Below, one piece after another: positions 8,090 through 16,531 of a stretch of DNA of 54,854 nt. Position numbers and translations under genes: made by a program. The stretch is from a virus. Its lineage: Duplodnaviria > Caudoviricetes. The stretch spans positions 1 through 54,854 of the IMG/VR virus record IMGVR_UViG_3300048066_000293. One strand, written 5' to 3'. Below the pieces are notes generated by a model, which worked only from the letters and a program-made list of their open reading frames with translations, was not told the DNA's origin and searched no databases. Position 1 is the first letter of the stretch, and the number at the start of each line of letters is the position of its first letter.

Positions 8090-8537
8090 GATCTAAACCC
8101 TCCACTCGAACGTCTAAGCAGTCAAAGATTGGAAAGCCATTCTTGTCTTGGCCTACATGATAGCGGTCATGCACGATCCAACCGCTGGCTGTGTGCAAGT
8201 AAAAGAACTCGCAACCTGAGTCTGTGTAGTAGTCAACAAACTCGCCTACAGTGTCAAACTCAACTGCTTCTGTGTTTGACTCTCCTCTGTCACGTCCGTA
8301 GAAGATAATAACACCTTCTTCGGGTGTGTTGAAGCTGTGTGTCTTGACTGTTGGAAATACATTTGGAGCGATGATACTCTGATCGCCTAGCTCTACCATC
8401 TGTGCAATCTTGCGAGCCTCTTGGTAGTGCTGTTCCAGCATCACGCCTGTGTATGCAGGGTAGCCATCGTAGTGTGAATATTTTGCTCGGATCTTGCCTT
8501 CTGGAGTCTTGTAACCTATTGCGGAACGTGTTCCCAT
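8082..8537 (-). CDS. Conserved phage early protein (MGTRS...HYDGYP type)
   Basis: MGTRSAIG and YSHYDGYP motifs; GAGGGC at 8545-8550. Confidence 0.8.
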   Translation of the reverse strand: MGTRSAIGYKTPEGKIRAKYSHYDGYPAYTGVMLEQHYQEARKIAQMVELGDQSIIAPNVFPTVKTHSFNTPEEGVIIFYGRDRGESNTEAVEFDTVGEFVDYYTDSGCEFFYLHTASGWIVHDRYHVGQDKNGFPIFDCLDVRVEGLDHA

Positions 8538-8611
8538 GATATATGCCCTCTTGCTTTGTTTAACTTACTAATACACTATAACACCGAATGTGCTATGTGT
8601 CAACCCCTAAT

Positions 8612-8833
8612 TTAGTCTTTATCTAAAAAAGGTGCTTCTTCGATTGTTACTACATATGCCTTGCCGTTGCGGTCATGCACAGTAATAGTCTTCTTTGGTG
8701 ACACAAACCAACCGCCTACAGGATCTAGATCTGATTTGATCATCCCTGCTTCTGCTATGATCCCATCTGGGTCTGGCGCAGCAATAGCTTTTTTGATAGT
8801 GTCTGCGATCTTATCACAATATGCTAGTTTCAT
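8612..8833 (-). CDS. Hypothetical early protein (start MKLAYCD)
   Basis: GAGGGC at 8838-8843 precedes ATG 8833. Confidence 0.75.
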   Translation of the reverse strand: MKLAYCDKIADTIKKAIAAPDPDGIIAEAGMIKSDLDPVGGWFVSPKKTITVHDRNGKAYVVTIEEAPFLDKD

Positions 8834-8872
8834 CTTTGCCCTCATTTCCTAACTGTTATATACAGTATACGA

Positions 8873-9079
8873 TCAACTGTAGGTTTTGTCAACCTCTTTT
8901 TTGTGTTTTTTGAAACTTTTACGTAAGTCATTGATATTGTTGCGATAGTACTGTTCGAACGTATAGGGCTGCTCTTGCCCTATACTGTGATACTCATCTC
9001 GGTTCTCATAGTACTTGTTGGTGACGAACGCTCTGAACAGACTTGGTTTGAATGGATACATGCTGTGTCCGTGACTCAT
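8873..9079 (-). CDS. Hypothetical protein
   Basis: 68 aa; TAATG coupling. Confidence 0.65.
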   Translation of the reverse strand: MSHGHSMYPFKPSLFRAFVTNKYYENRDEYHSIGQEQPYTFEQYYRNNINDLRKSFKKHKKEVDKTYS

Positions 9080-9411
9080 TACATACTCCAGTAGGCTTCA
9101 GATGAAGGGCTCATATAATTAGGTGTGTTAACAGGCTCAACTATAGGCTTGCCTGACATCATGTTACTGGTAGTGCGACTCTTCTCAATTGACTTGTGGA
9201 AGTACTCTGCTTCTGCTATACCATAACGGAACACAGGATCATTCACAGTCTCCAGCAGGTCCGCTCTATAACGTTTGCTCATCCTAGTGAGCGCAGCTTT
9301 TGCAGCAGCCATTGTCTTGTAGCTCTGGCGGTGGTCTGGACGAACTTCACCTGTTCGTGTGTTCATCTTGCCCATAATGTAGGTGCTGGATTTTTCATAT
9401 ACGTAAAACAT
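9079..9411 (-). CDS. Hypothetical early protein
   Basis: 110 aa ending NTP..SPSSEAYWSM; GAGGGC at 9417-9422. Confidence 0.8.
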   Translation of the reverse strand: MFYVYEKSSTYIMGKMNTRTGEVRPDHRQSYKTMAAAKAALTRMSKRYRADLLETVNDPVFRYGIAEAEYFHKSIEKSRTTSNMMSGKPIVEPVNTPNYMSPSSEAYWSM

Positions 9412-9482
9412 TGTTTGCCCTCTCTGTTACGTTATATAAACACTATAGCACAAGTGCGCTATAGTGTCAAGTGTTTTTTAAA

Positions 9483-9752
9483 TTATTTGGCGCAATGTAC
9501 AATGCGCAAATAACGTGCATTAGGATGCACATTGTAAAATTTAGGTTTTGTTGCGTGTACTTTTGCAACGTTTAAGTTTAAAGCAATATGTTCCAAAACT
9601 TCATCTGTTAAATTTAAAGTTAAAAAACACAAGTTGCGCAAGTTGCTGTTAGCACATTTGTTTGTATAGCTGTGTGCGCTATACTTTACATTGTTTGCTT
9701 TTAAGATTTTGCGTACAATAGAACGTGCAGTTTTTGTTGTAGTGTTTTGCAT
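9483..9752 (-). CDS. Hypothetical early protein, compositionally constrained
   Basis: 89 aa with no Gly or Trp; own promoter; GAGGGC at 9758-9763. Confidence 0.7.
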   Translation of the reverse strand: MQNTTTKTARSIVRKILKANNVKYSAHSYTNKCANSNLRNLCFLTLNLTDEVLEHIALNLNVAKVHATKPKFYNVHPNARYLRIVHCAK

Positions 9753-9845
9753 GGGAAGCCCTCCATATGCATGTTACGTTATATAAACAATATAGCACAA
9801 GCAGCGCACTTTGTCAAGTAAAAAATGCGCTGCTGTGTAAGTTTT

Positions 9846-10106
9846 TTAACTTAGTGCTTCAAATGCTTCGTCTATAATATTATGCGCACTTGCGTCACTA
9901 GCAAAGCCCTCTTCTTCAGCAAAGTCTATGCTGCTGCTGTGCATAATAGTGTCTGTAAGCACACAAATGTTGTGCTGCAAAAATACTTGCACAAGTGCGT
10001 CTGCAGTTTGTACGTCATTTGCTACGCACACGTTATTAACATACACTTGCAGTGCAGCGTTTGCAGCGTTTAAAAATACGTAGTTTGTTTTTGTAGTAGT
10101 TTGCAT
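9846..10106 (-). CDS. Hypothetical early protein (start MQTTTKT), compositionally constrained
   Basis: GAGGGC at 10113-10118; no Pro or Trp and one Gly. Confidence 0.75.
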   Translation of the reverse strand: MQTTTKTNYVFLNAANAALQVYVNNVCVANDVQTADALVQVFLQHNICVLTDTIMHSSSIDFAEEEGFASDASAHNIIDEAFEALS

Positions 10107-10208
10107 ATTATAGCCCTCTATGCTAGTTAACTTATACATACACTATAGCACAAGTATACGTGTTTGTAAAGAGAAAAATGCACAGCTAACCTGTTGAAAA
10201 CATTGACA

Positions 10209-10354
10209 AATCAATCTTTTATTTGTGTTTAAAAACAATGACTTAGCAGCCCAGCTCAGAACTGTTCGAACATCGCCTCGCTACCCTGAGCCAAAAGAAC
10301 CCAACAATAACAATGAGTTAGCCGAAAAAAAACCCCAACGATATCAAAAGGTTA
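10209..10354 (+). promoter_or_regulatory. Cluster of four IHF-like boxes (WATCAANNNNTTR)
   Basis: AATCAATCTTTTA 10209, AAACAATGACTTA 10233, TAACAATGAGTTA 10308, TATCAAAAGGTTA 10342. Confidence 0.55.
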
Positions 10355-10487
10355 CAGATGTTCCCATATGCACACAGCAGCAGCAACGTTCAACGCTGCT
10401 AACCACACAAAGCTGATGGTGATGATTGCTAGTTCATACACAGTGAACCTCTCCTAAGCTCTACTAAGCTGCACAGTAGTAAGCCTC

Positions 10488-10757
10488 CTAGGCCACACTA
10501 AGCATACTAGCGGTCACACGCCAACGACCTGAAGTGGCAGTGTCCACAATCACAGTCTTGGGATTGACCTTGTGAACTGTGCCTTGAACCAAGACCCCGC
10601 CTCGACCGGTGAATGAAACTCGATCTCCCACTCGGATTGATCTCGCAGCACCTTTGGCCAGCGCAGTCCTACGCAGCTTTACAGCCTCAATTACTCGATC
10701 GATCTGGTCTGATGTCATAGTGTGAATAGCACTAACGGTAGTAGTAATATCTGTCAT
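10488..10757 (-). CDS. Small SH3/KOW-like protein (start MTDITT)
   Basis: IRVGDRVSF...GTVHKVNPKTV...WRV; AAGGGC leader. Confidence 0.75.
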   Translation of the reverse strand: MTDITTTVSAIHTMTSDQIDRVIEAVKLRRTALAKGAARSIRVGDRVSFTGRGGVLVQGTVHKVNPKTVIVDTATSGRWRVTASMLSVA

Positions 10758-10880
10758 GATGTTTTGCCCTTGTTTGTTTACGTTACATATACTACTATAA
10801 GCTCTAAACAACCATTTGTCAACCATTATTTTGAACGATTTTACGGTCAAGCGCAACTATACAAGAGTTACGGTGTAGCG

Positions 10881-11410
10881 TATATAGTAGTAGTAGGGAC
10901 TATAGTAGTAGACAGTATAGTAGTAGACCTCATTCCCTAGAGTGTGTGTAGTAGTATAGTAGTAGTAGAGGAGAGCGAGCAGCACGAGCGAATGGTCTTG
11001 TGCCTTGTGTACAGTAGTAGAGCTGTAGAGTAGGCTCAAAACCATGGTCACTAGCAGCGGGGCCTATTGCAAATGTGGCTTTTCTTGGGTGAATTTATCC
11101 TAAAAAATGTGGTTCTGGTGTAAAGAAACCATTGATTTCTTAACACTTTGGGTGTAACATAATAGGCGATTTCTTAACGGTTCTCGAGGTGAAGAGAGGC
11201 ATAGTTCAAATACTTTTGACCCTAAACCGTGGCATTACCATAAGTTTTTGTACGTACACTTTTGACTAGTTTCTTTACAGTGTGTGGAGATTAGTACAGT
11301 TTCTTTACAGTAGTAGACGCACACGTTAACAGCGGGGCCTTACTGTGCGCACAGTCTACTACTACTACTATAGTCATTACTACTACTACAGTCTACTCGA
11401 CTACTACTAT
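10881..11410. repeat. Non-coding region with TAG-rich left arm and CTA-rich right arm (imperfect inverted repeat) and internal direct repeats
   Basis: GACTATAGTAGTAGAC near 10898 versus GTCTACTACTACTACTATAGTC near 11354; CAGCGGGGCCT at 11055 and 11330; AGTTTCTTTACAGT at 11268 and 11298. Confidence 0.75.
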
Positions 11411-11625
11411 CACTGTGACTGTTGTTGTTGTGATTGTTCGCTTCTTTCTAGTAGTGTAGCAGCAGCTAAAGGTTCAATCCTATAGTTGCCTTTGTATTTT
11501 TTGTGTGCAAACTTATCTTGATAGTATTCCGCTATACGTTTGTTAGTAGTGGCTAGAACTACTACACCATCTACTACTAGTGCATAACCACTCTTGCCAA
11601 CATCTTCAATACACATACTACGCAT
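11410..11625 (-). CDS. Hypothetical protein (start MRSMCIE)
   Basis: TAAATA at 11631-11636, 5 nt before ATG 11625. Confidence 0.55.
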   Translation of the reverse strand: MRSMCIEDVGKSGYALVVDGVVVLATTNKRIAEYYQDKFAHKKYKGNYRIEPLAAATLLERSEQSQQQQSQ

Positions 11626-11690
11626 ATACATATTTATTCGGTGTTTTGTGTAAATACAATTATATACATACATAACACGAGGGCTATAGT

Positions 11691-11795
11691 ATGATACAAC
11701 TACAAACCAAATCGTTTGCGAGAGACTTTGCGGTATACTGTTCAGTGGGTTTCAACATTGGACTTGTGATAGGATTATTTCTCTACGTGTTCTAA
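11691..11795 (+). CDS. 34-aa single-TM peptide (MIQLQTKSFARDFAVY...)
   Basis: Hand-translated; GAGGGC at 11679-11684; TAAATA at 11651. Confidence 0.55.
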   Translation: MIQLQTKSFARDFAVYCSVGFNIGLVIGLFLYVF

Positions 11796-11833
11796 AAATT
11801 TTTTTAGAACGCTTCGCGCAGGTAAATATTTGC

Positions 11834-12655
11834 ATGAAGCAGCACCTATTAGTTGGAGGGGATTCATTTGCTGAGTTTCCTAGAGGCACTACAGATCCTA
11901 GAACACTAGAACGAGGTCGTCACGATGATCCTGTGCGCTCTTGGGATGGTTCAACACTGCATTGGTGTGAACAATGGGCAGCTCGTCACGATGTGAACGC
12001 ACACTCAGTTGGTTGGGGAGGCGCAGACAACACAGCAGCAGTCAACATGGTCACACGCGAACTCATGGGCTCAACTGCATACACACACTGTGTTTATTTT
12101 CTAACAGATCCCAACAGAACCTACAAGCGCAACACCAGTCATCTCACTAAAGGAGATCGACACTTTGACAAGCGAGACTATGTCTCTAGACGTTGGCAAG
12201 TCGGCTACAATTGGGATCACACCAATTGGCCTACAGCAATTGAATATCCTGAGGATGAAATGCCCTTGTGCGTGGGCAACACAGCAGCAAGCCTACGTTT
12301 CAACTCAATTCACAACAAAAAGTCAGCACCTTGGGAATGGATCAAGTACAGCATGAACCTAACACCTACACCTCAGCCTCTACAAAACACTGTGGCACAG
12401 ATTGCACTACTGAATTCACAGTGTGCAGCTCGTGGCATCAAGTTTATGGTCACAAGTGGGTTTTCATGGCCTAGAGCATTTGAAACGTGGCGCGACTCAG
12501 AATGTTATCCGCAATTTGCAAAGTTTGACTTTCAAGACCAAGTTCGTGTGAACCCAAAGACAGGATGGAAGTTGCGTTCACACTATACGCATTCAGAACA
12601 CACACAAATACTCAACTACCTAGAGTCACAAGGTCTAGATGGGTGGCTTACTTAG
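11834..12655 (+). CDS. SGNH/GDSL-hydrolase-like protein
   Basis: LVGGDSF near the N-terminus, GWGGADN, C-terminal SHY..H. Confidence 0.6.
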   Translation: MKQHLLVGGDSFAEFPRGTTDPRTLERGRHDDPVRSWDGSTLHWCEQWAARHDVNAHSVGWGGADNTAAVNMVTRELMGSTAYTHCVYFLTDPNRTYKRNTSHLTKGDRHFDKRDYVSRRWQVGYNWDHTNWPTAIEYPEDEMPLCVGNTAASLRFNSIHNKKSAPWEWIKYSMNLTPTPQPLQNTVAQIALLNSQCAARGIKFMVTSGFSWPRAFETWRDSECYPQFAKFDFQDQVRVNPKTGWKLRSHYTHSEHTQILNYLESQGLDGWLT

Positions 12656-13013
12656 AGTCTTTTGGGTCTGAGTCAGCATCAATCACACGTATCTTTAGTC
12701 CAGGCAACTGAGGAACTTCGTCAGGATCTGGGTAGTAGTCTGCATAGGGATTTGTGCCTGTAAATGTTACACTTTCTACAACAGTTTCACCACTTTCTTC
12801 GTCTTCTCTGCGAATCATCATGGTGCGTTCAATTTGAAAGTATTCTGCTATTAGATCACACATAGCCCATATGTCGTCTGCACCCTGTTTGGTGCCCTGT
12901 AGTTCAGCTACGCCCGCAGCAATGTCCAATAGATCTCCAACAGCGTATTTGACTACACCTTCTACATCATTTGGATCAAGCTCAGGCAAATTGTCATCAT
13001 TGTTGCTGTTCAT
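12648..13013 (-). CDS. Acidic hypothetical protein
   Basis: 121-aa ORF. Confidence 0.7.
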   Translation of the reverse strand: MNSNNDDNLPELDPNDVEGVVKYAVGDLLDIAAGVAELQGTKQGADDIWAMCDLIAEYFQIERTMMIRREDEESGETVVESVTFTGTNPYADYYPDPDEVPQLPGLKIRVIDADSDPKDSK

Positions 13014-13287
13014 TGTCTACCCACTCCACTGTGTCAATGTCCCATATATTTTCTCTATCAACTACAAATTCAAATTGTGTAGCTGTGTCTACTAGTCTTA
13101 CTCGGCCGTTTTCAAGATCTCTTATTTGAATAACACCGATTGACTCGTACACTCCGGGTTTGCCTGGATGGCTTTGACCCAATTGTAGATCTTTTGCACG
13201 AACAGGTGTGCCGTCCGTGTCTAAGAATGTTGTTGTTTTAAAACGACATCCCCAACTCTCTCCAGGTTTACAGTTTTCTAATTCCAT
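12997..13287 (-). CDS. Hypothetical protein
   Basis: 96 aa; GAGG SD; TAAGTA upstream. Confidence 0.75.
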   Translation of the reverse strand: MELENCKPGESWGCRFKTTTFLDTDGTPVRAKDLQLGQSHPGKPGVYESIGVIQIRDLENGRVRLVDTATQFEFVVDRENIWDIDTVEWVDNEQQQ

Positions 13288-13369
13288 GTAGGTATTCCTC
13301 TTTATGTGCTAATACTTATCACCGAACAACACATGATAAATATTTTTGTTAATCAACAGGAGATCTCCC

Positions 13370-13591
13370 ATGAGTACACTAAAAAACATTAGCCTTAACC
13401 TTGAGTTGGGCCAAACTATCCTAGTAGGGAAAAATCGTGAGCAAGCACAAATCACAAAAATAGAATTCCATGAAAAAAGTGGGGAGATTGCGATCAACAC
13501 AACCAAGGGTCCTAGGAAGGCTCTTACATTTAGTCTATTCAGCGAATCAGATGAATTACAGCTAGAAAATCCAGCTGACCGTTATCGCTAG
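13370..13591 (+). CDS. Hypothetical protein (start MSTLKN)
   Basis: AGGAG SD; TAAATA upstream. Confidence 0.7.
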   Translation: MSTLKNISLNLELGQTILVGKNREQAQITKIEFHEKSGEIAINTTKGPRKALTFSLFSESDELQLENPADRYR

Positions 13592-13604
13592 ACTAAATAC
13601 TTTT

Positions 13605-13859
13605 ATGAGAATAGATGAAGTCCTTACCAGTGAACAAGACCTAGAAGATTGGGCAGCAAGTAGAAGCCTGTGTAAAAGCTCAAAGCCAAACTCGGCTCTG
13701 GGCGCCAGCGCACTCGCTTCATGCAAGTCGCAAGGCTACCGCAGGCGTGAAGGTGGCAAAAGTCATAAACTAGGAAAGTCTAAGAGTAGTAGAGTAAAAG
13801 TCGGCGGCAAGAAGATCAAGGGCAAGAAGTACGGCGGCCCATTACCGGATTGGAGTTAA
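13605..13859 (+). CDS. Small basic putative internal head protein
   Basis: MRIDEV N-terminus; K/S/G-rich body; TAAATA 5 nt upstream. Confidence 0.7.
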   Translation: MRIDEVLTSEQDLEDWAASRSLCKSSKPNSALGASALASCKSQGYRRREGGKSHKLGKSKSSRVKVGGKKIKGKKYGGPLPDWS

Positions 13860-13863
13860 CAGA

Positions 13864-14397
13864 TTGCAGTTGATTACCGGTAGCCTTCTCGTAGCCCATC
13901 CAGTTCATGCAAAATATGAATCTGCTGAAACTGTAGTTTATATTACTGAAAGCACAGAACACAGCACAGTAGGACTAATTCTAAACAACCCTAGTACTGA
14001 AACAATGAAAACTGTAATGCGTGAAAACAATACAGAATGGGGCTGGAATCAAAAAATCTATAATGGCGGACAGTATAATAGAACTGCTATGGTAATGTTG
14101 CATTCAGACAATTGGTATAGTCGTAATACAATTCAAGTCAACAATGATCTAAGTATAAGCTCAGACGAACTTATGATAGACAAAATGGCAATGGGAGACT
14201 TTCCTGATTGGCATAAACTTTTTATTGGTTGCTCGGGTTGGTCACCAAGTGAACTAGAGCATCAAGTACGCAGACGCAAGCCCGAATGGTTAGTACTGCC
14301 ACACCCTACACGTAGTCTTATTGAATCAAACTCAAACGACTTATGGAACAAGGCAGTAGCTGAAATAAGCCAAGATCAAGTTAAAACTTTCTTTTAG
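13864..14397 (+). CDS. YqgE/AlgH (DUF179) family protein
   Basis: GSLLVAHP, GLILNNP, YNGG, FIGCSGWSPSELE..W, LW. Confidence 0.8.
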   Translation: MQLITGSLLVAHPVHAKYESAETVVYITESTEHSTVGLILNNPSTETMKTVMRENNTEWGWNQKIYNGGQYNRTAMVMLHSDNWYSRNTIQVNNDLSISSDELMIDKMAMGDFPDWHKLFIGCSGWSPSELEHQVRRRKPEWLVLPHPTRSLIESNSNDLWNKAVAEISQDQVKTFF

Positions 14398-14428
14398 CTA
14401 TAAATACTCTATACAAAGGAGAAGGCAT

Positions 14429-14791
14429 ATGTCCAGATTACTACTGGCGTTTGCAGTTGGTATCTCACTTCTTGCTACTACAGCACTCGCTCAAGAACAA
14501 CAAGAACAAAGCAAAAGATTCATAACAACACAGGCATGTGATCCTGTGTTGAAGATGAGCGATATTGTGATGAACAAATATGGTGAGACTCCATTATTTC
14601 AAGGCGAAGGACTACAGTTTGCAGCACAAACAGGACAACCATTTAGAAGCTCAATGATGTTCTTTGTCAATCAAGACTCAGGAACGTGGAGTCTAATTAG
14701 TTTATACCCAGATGGCACAGCCTGTATGGTAGCAAACGGCAGAACATTTGAACCCTACTCAGGACCTATTGGCAAAAAGACACCAGGCTGA
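14429..14791 (+). CDS. Exported hypothetical protein
   Basis: Signal peptide (ALA-Q); YGETP...FFVN..SGTWS...ACMVA.G. Confidence 0.8.
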   Translation: MSRLLLAFAVGISLLATTALAQEQQEQSKRFITTQACDPVLKMSDIVMNKYGETPLFQGEGLQFAAQTGQPFRSSMMFFVNQDSGTWSLISLYPDGTACMVANGRTFEPYSGPIGKKTPG

Positions 14792-15015
14792 TGTGGGTAC
14801 TAGTTTATATTGTGATACAACCGTTTGTCGCAGGAGATGTCAATAGTTTAGAGCCATATGCAATCAATCCTATGGGTCCAAGAGTTACATTTGATTCTAT
14901 GATCGAGTGCTTTGAAGCAAGAGAAAGACTCAGTGATAAAGTTGGATTAGGTAACGGATACTATGGACCTAACAAGCAAGCCATCTGCATCGCCACTGAT
15001 GCTAAACAGTTATAA
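14791..15015 (+). CDS. Hypothetical protein
   Basis: 74 aa; MWVLVYI...F.SM.EC...AICI; TGATG coupling. Confidence 0.7.
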   Translation: MWVLVYIVIQPFVAGDVNSLEPYAINPMGPRVTFDSMIECFEARERLSDKVGLGNGYYGPNKQAICIATDAKQL

Positions 15016-15044
15016 ATATTAAAATAACATAGGATATCTATAAC

Positions 15045-15554
15045 GTGGCAGACACTCTTGTACTTAATGCAGACGGACAACCAGTATCATTACTACCTCC
15101 CAGTACTATTCAATGGAAAGAAGCAATCACATACATGTGGCTAGACAAAGTCAATGTACTTGAATGGTATGATGATTGGATTGTTAGTAGCGCAAGATGG
15201 GAAACTAGAGTACCAGCAATCATTATGCTAAAGCAAATGTATCGACGGCGAAGCACACCTCGCTTTTCCAAATACAACTGCCACCTAAGAGACAAATTTG
15301 TCTGCCAATATTGCTCAAACACCTTTTCCAAACAAGATTTAACATTAGATCACGTAATACCAATTAGCCTTGGTGGTAAAACATCTTGGGATAACATTGT
15401 GAGTGCGTGTAACCCGTGCAACAGCACAAAAGGTAGCAAACTAATCAAACCAAAGAATGCACCTTACCAACCTACTTATTATGAGCTTGCAAACAATCGT
15501 AAACTAATAGGATTTGAAAACAAGCACCCTAGCTGGGAAACATTTTTAAAATGA
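15045..15554 (+). CDS. HNH endonuclease (McrA-like)
   Basis: RD..CQYC, TLDHVIP.S.GG..WDN.V.AC..CN..KG. Confidence 0.9.
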   Translation: MADTLVLNADGQPVSLLPPSTIQWKEAITYMWLDKVNVLEWYDDWIVSSARWETRVPAIIMLKQMYRRRSTPRFSKYNCHLRDKFVCQYCSNTFSKQDLTLDHVIPISLGGKTSWDNIVSACNPCNSTKGSKLIKPKNAPYQPTYYELANNRKLIGFENKHPSWETFLK

Positions 15555-16531
15555 GACACTATCGATATAAGCAATGGCCGTCACATGTCAAAGGTAGATT
15601 TGCAGGAATTTATAAAGAAATTGGAGATAGGACACCTGACAGAGTAGATTGGTTTGCTCCAGAAGAATGGGTTCACAACTGGAAGAGAGAAGCCCGTTGG
15701 AAAAACTTTCAAGTACAAGCACATTCAAGAGAGCTTAATATGTTGTTTGGTACACAACGAGGATGTAAAGAACAAACTGAAAGATGTCCTGCTGGAGCAA
15801 ATATAATCCATTGGCCTACTTTTTGGATAAGTGCAACAGTAGATCAAACACAATATGCAGAATTTCCGCGACAAGGGAAAATAACAAAAGCCTTTATGAG
15901 TTTAAATGGCCAACCGCATGTACATAGATGTATGATAATGGATGAGTTAGTAAGACGCAAAATGCACAAACATGCAGTTATGACTTGGCATTATCCTAAT
16001 GTTGATTGGGATTGGAAAGCATGGAAGCCTGAGCTTTTAGAAATAGAACCTAATTGGAATCGTGATAGTGCCGACAGTTTTAAATATTCAACATTTATGC
16101 ACAGCGCACTTAGCAGCTCGTTTATGAATTTAATTGCCGAATCACAAGCTGATATTCCTTTCCTTACAGAAAAAACATTCCAACAAATTATCTACAAGCG
16201 TCCGTTCTTAACTATGGCAGGAGCTGGTATATACAAAGATATGGATAAACTTGGTTTTAAAAGATACGATGAGATATTTGATTATTCTTTTGATGAAGTA
16301 GAAGATTCAATGGAAAGAGGACTAATGATCATTGATCAGGTTGAGTCTATAATAGGAAAGGATTACGAAGCAATGAATCGGAAGATAATGCCTAAATTAG
16401 AATACAATTATCAACGAGCAAGAACACTAGCAAACGATCCTAGTTATGTTCCAGACATAGTAAAAGAAATGATAAGGTGGAACCCTAAGTTTAGCCCACC
16501 TTATGTTCGATTTTTACAAGGCGTTACTTAA
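15551..16531 (+). CDS. Hypothetical protein, glycosyltransferase-like
   Basis: 326 aa; FLTEKT...RPF...LGFK.Y...FDYSFD pattern. Confidence 0.6.
   Translation: MRHYRYKQWPSHVKGRFAGIYKEIGDRTPDRVDWFAPEEWVHNWKREARWKNFQVQAHSRELNMLFGTQRGCKEQTERCPAGANIIHWPTFWISATVDQTQYAEFPRQGKITKAFMSLNGQPHVHRCMIMDELVRRKMHKHAVMTWHYPNVDWDWKAWKPELLEIEPNWNRDSADSFKYSTFMHSALSSSFMNLIAESQADIPFLTEKTFQQIIYKRPFLTMAGAGIYKDMDKLGFKRYDEIFDYSFDEVEDSMERGLMIIDQVESIIGKDYEAMNRKIMPKLEYNYQRARTLANDPSYVPDIVKEMIRWNPKFSPPYVRFLQGVT

Larger units (their letters stand above)
2541..10822 (-). promoter_or_regulatory. Array of 15 near-consensus sigma70 early promoters (TTGACA-N16/17-TATA(C/A/G/T)T)
   Basis: Left coordinates of -10/-35: 2541/2564, 3200/3223, 3543/3566, 4783/4806, 5340/5363, 5691/5713, 6309/6332, 7211/7234, 7482/7505, 8575/8598, 8864/8887, 9442/9465, 9789/9812, 10142/10165 (TTTACA), 10794/10817. 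Confidence 0.92.

Noticed and set aside
10225-10416. 63-aa plus-strand ORF
   Set aside because: Opposes the early array, lacks an SD, and overlies the IHF-like boxes
2541-10822. CRISPR array or integron attC cassettes
   Set aside because: The repeats are degenerate promoters separated by whole genes; no constant repeat-spacer period, attC palindromes, cas or integrase genes
10857-11051. Tyr-rich 64-aa ORF
   Set aside because: Translation of the (TAG)n repeat arm; no initiation signal
15045-15554. HNH gene as a mobile intron or restriction system
   Set aside because: Free-standing; no split host gene or methyltransferase nearby
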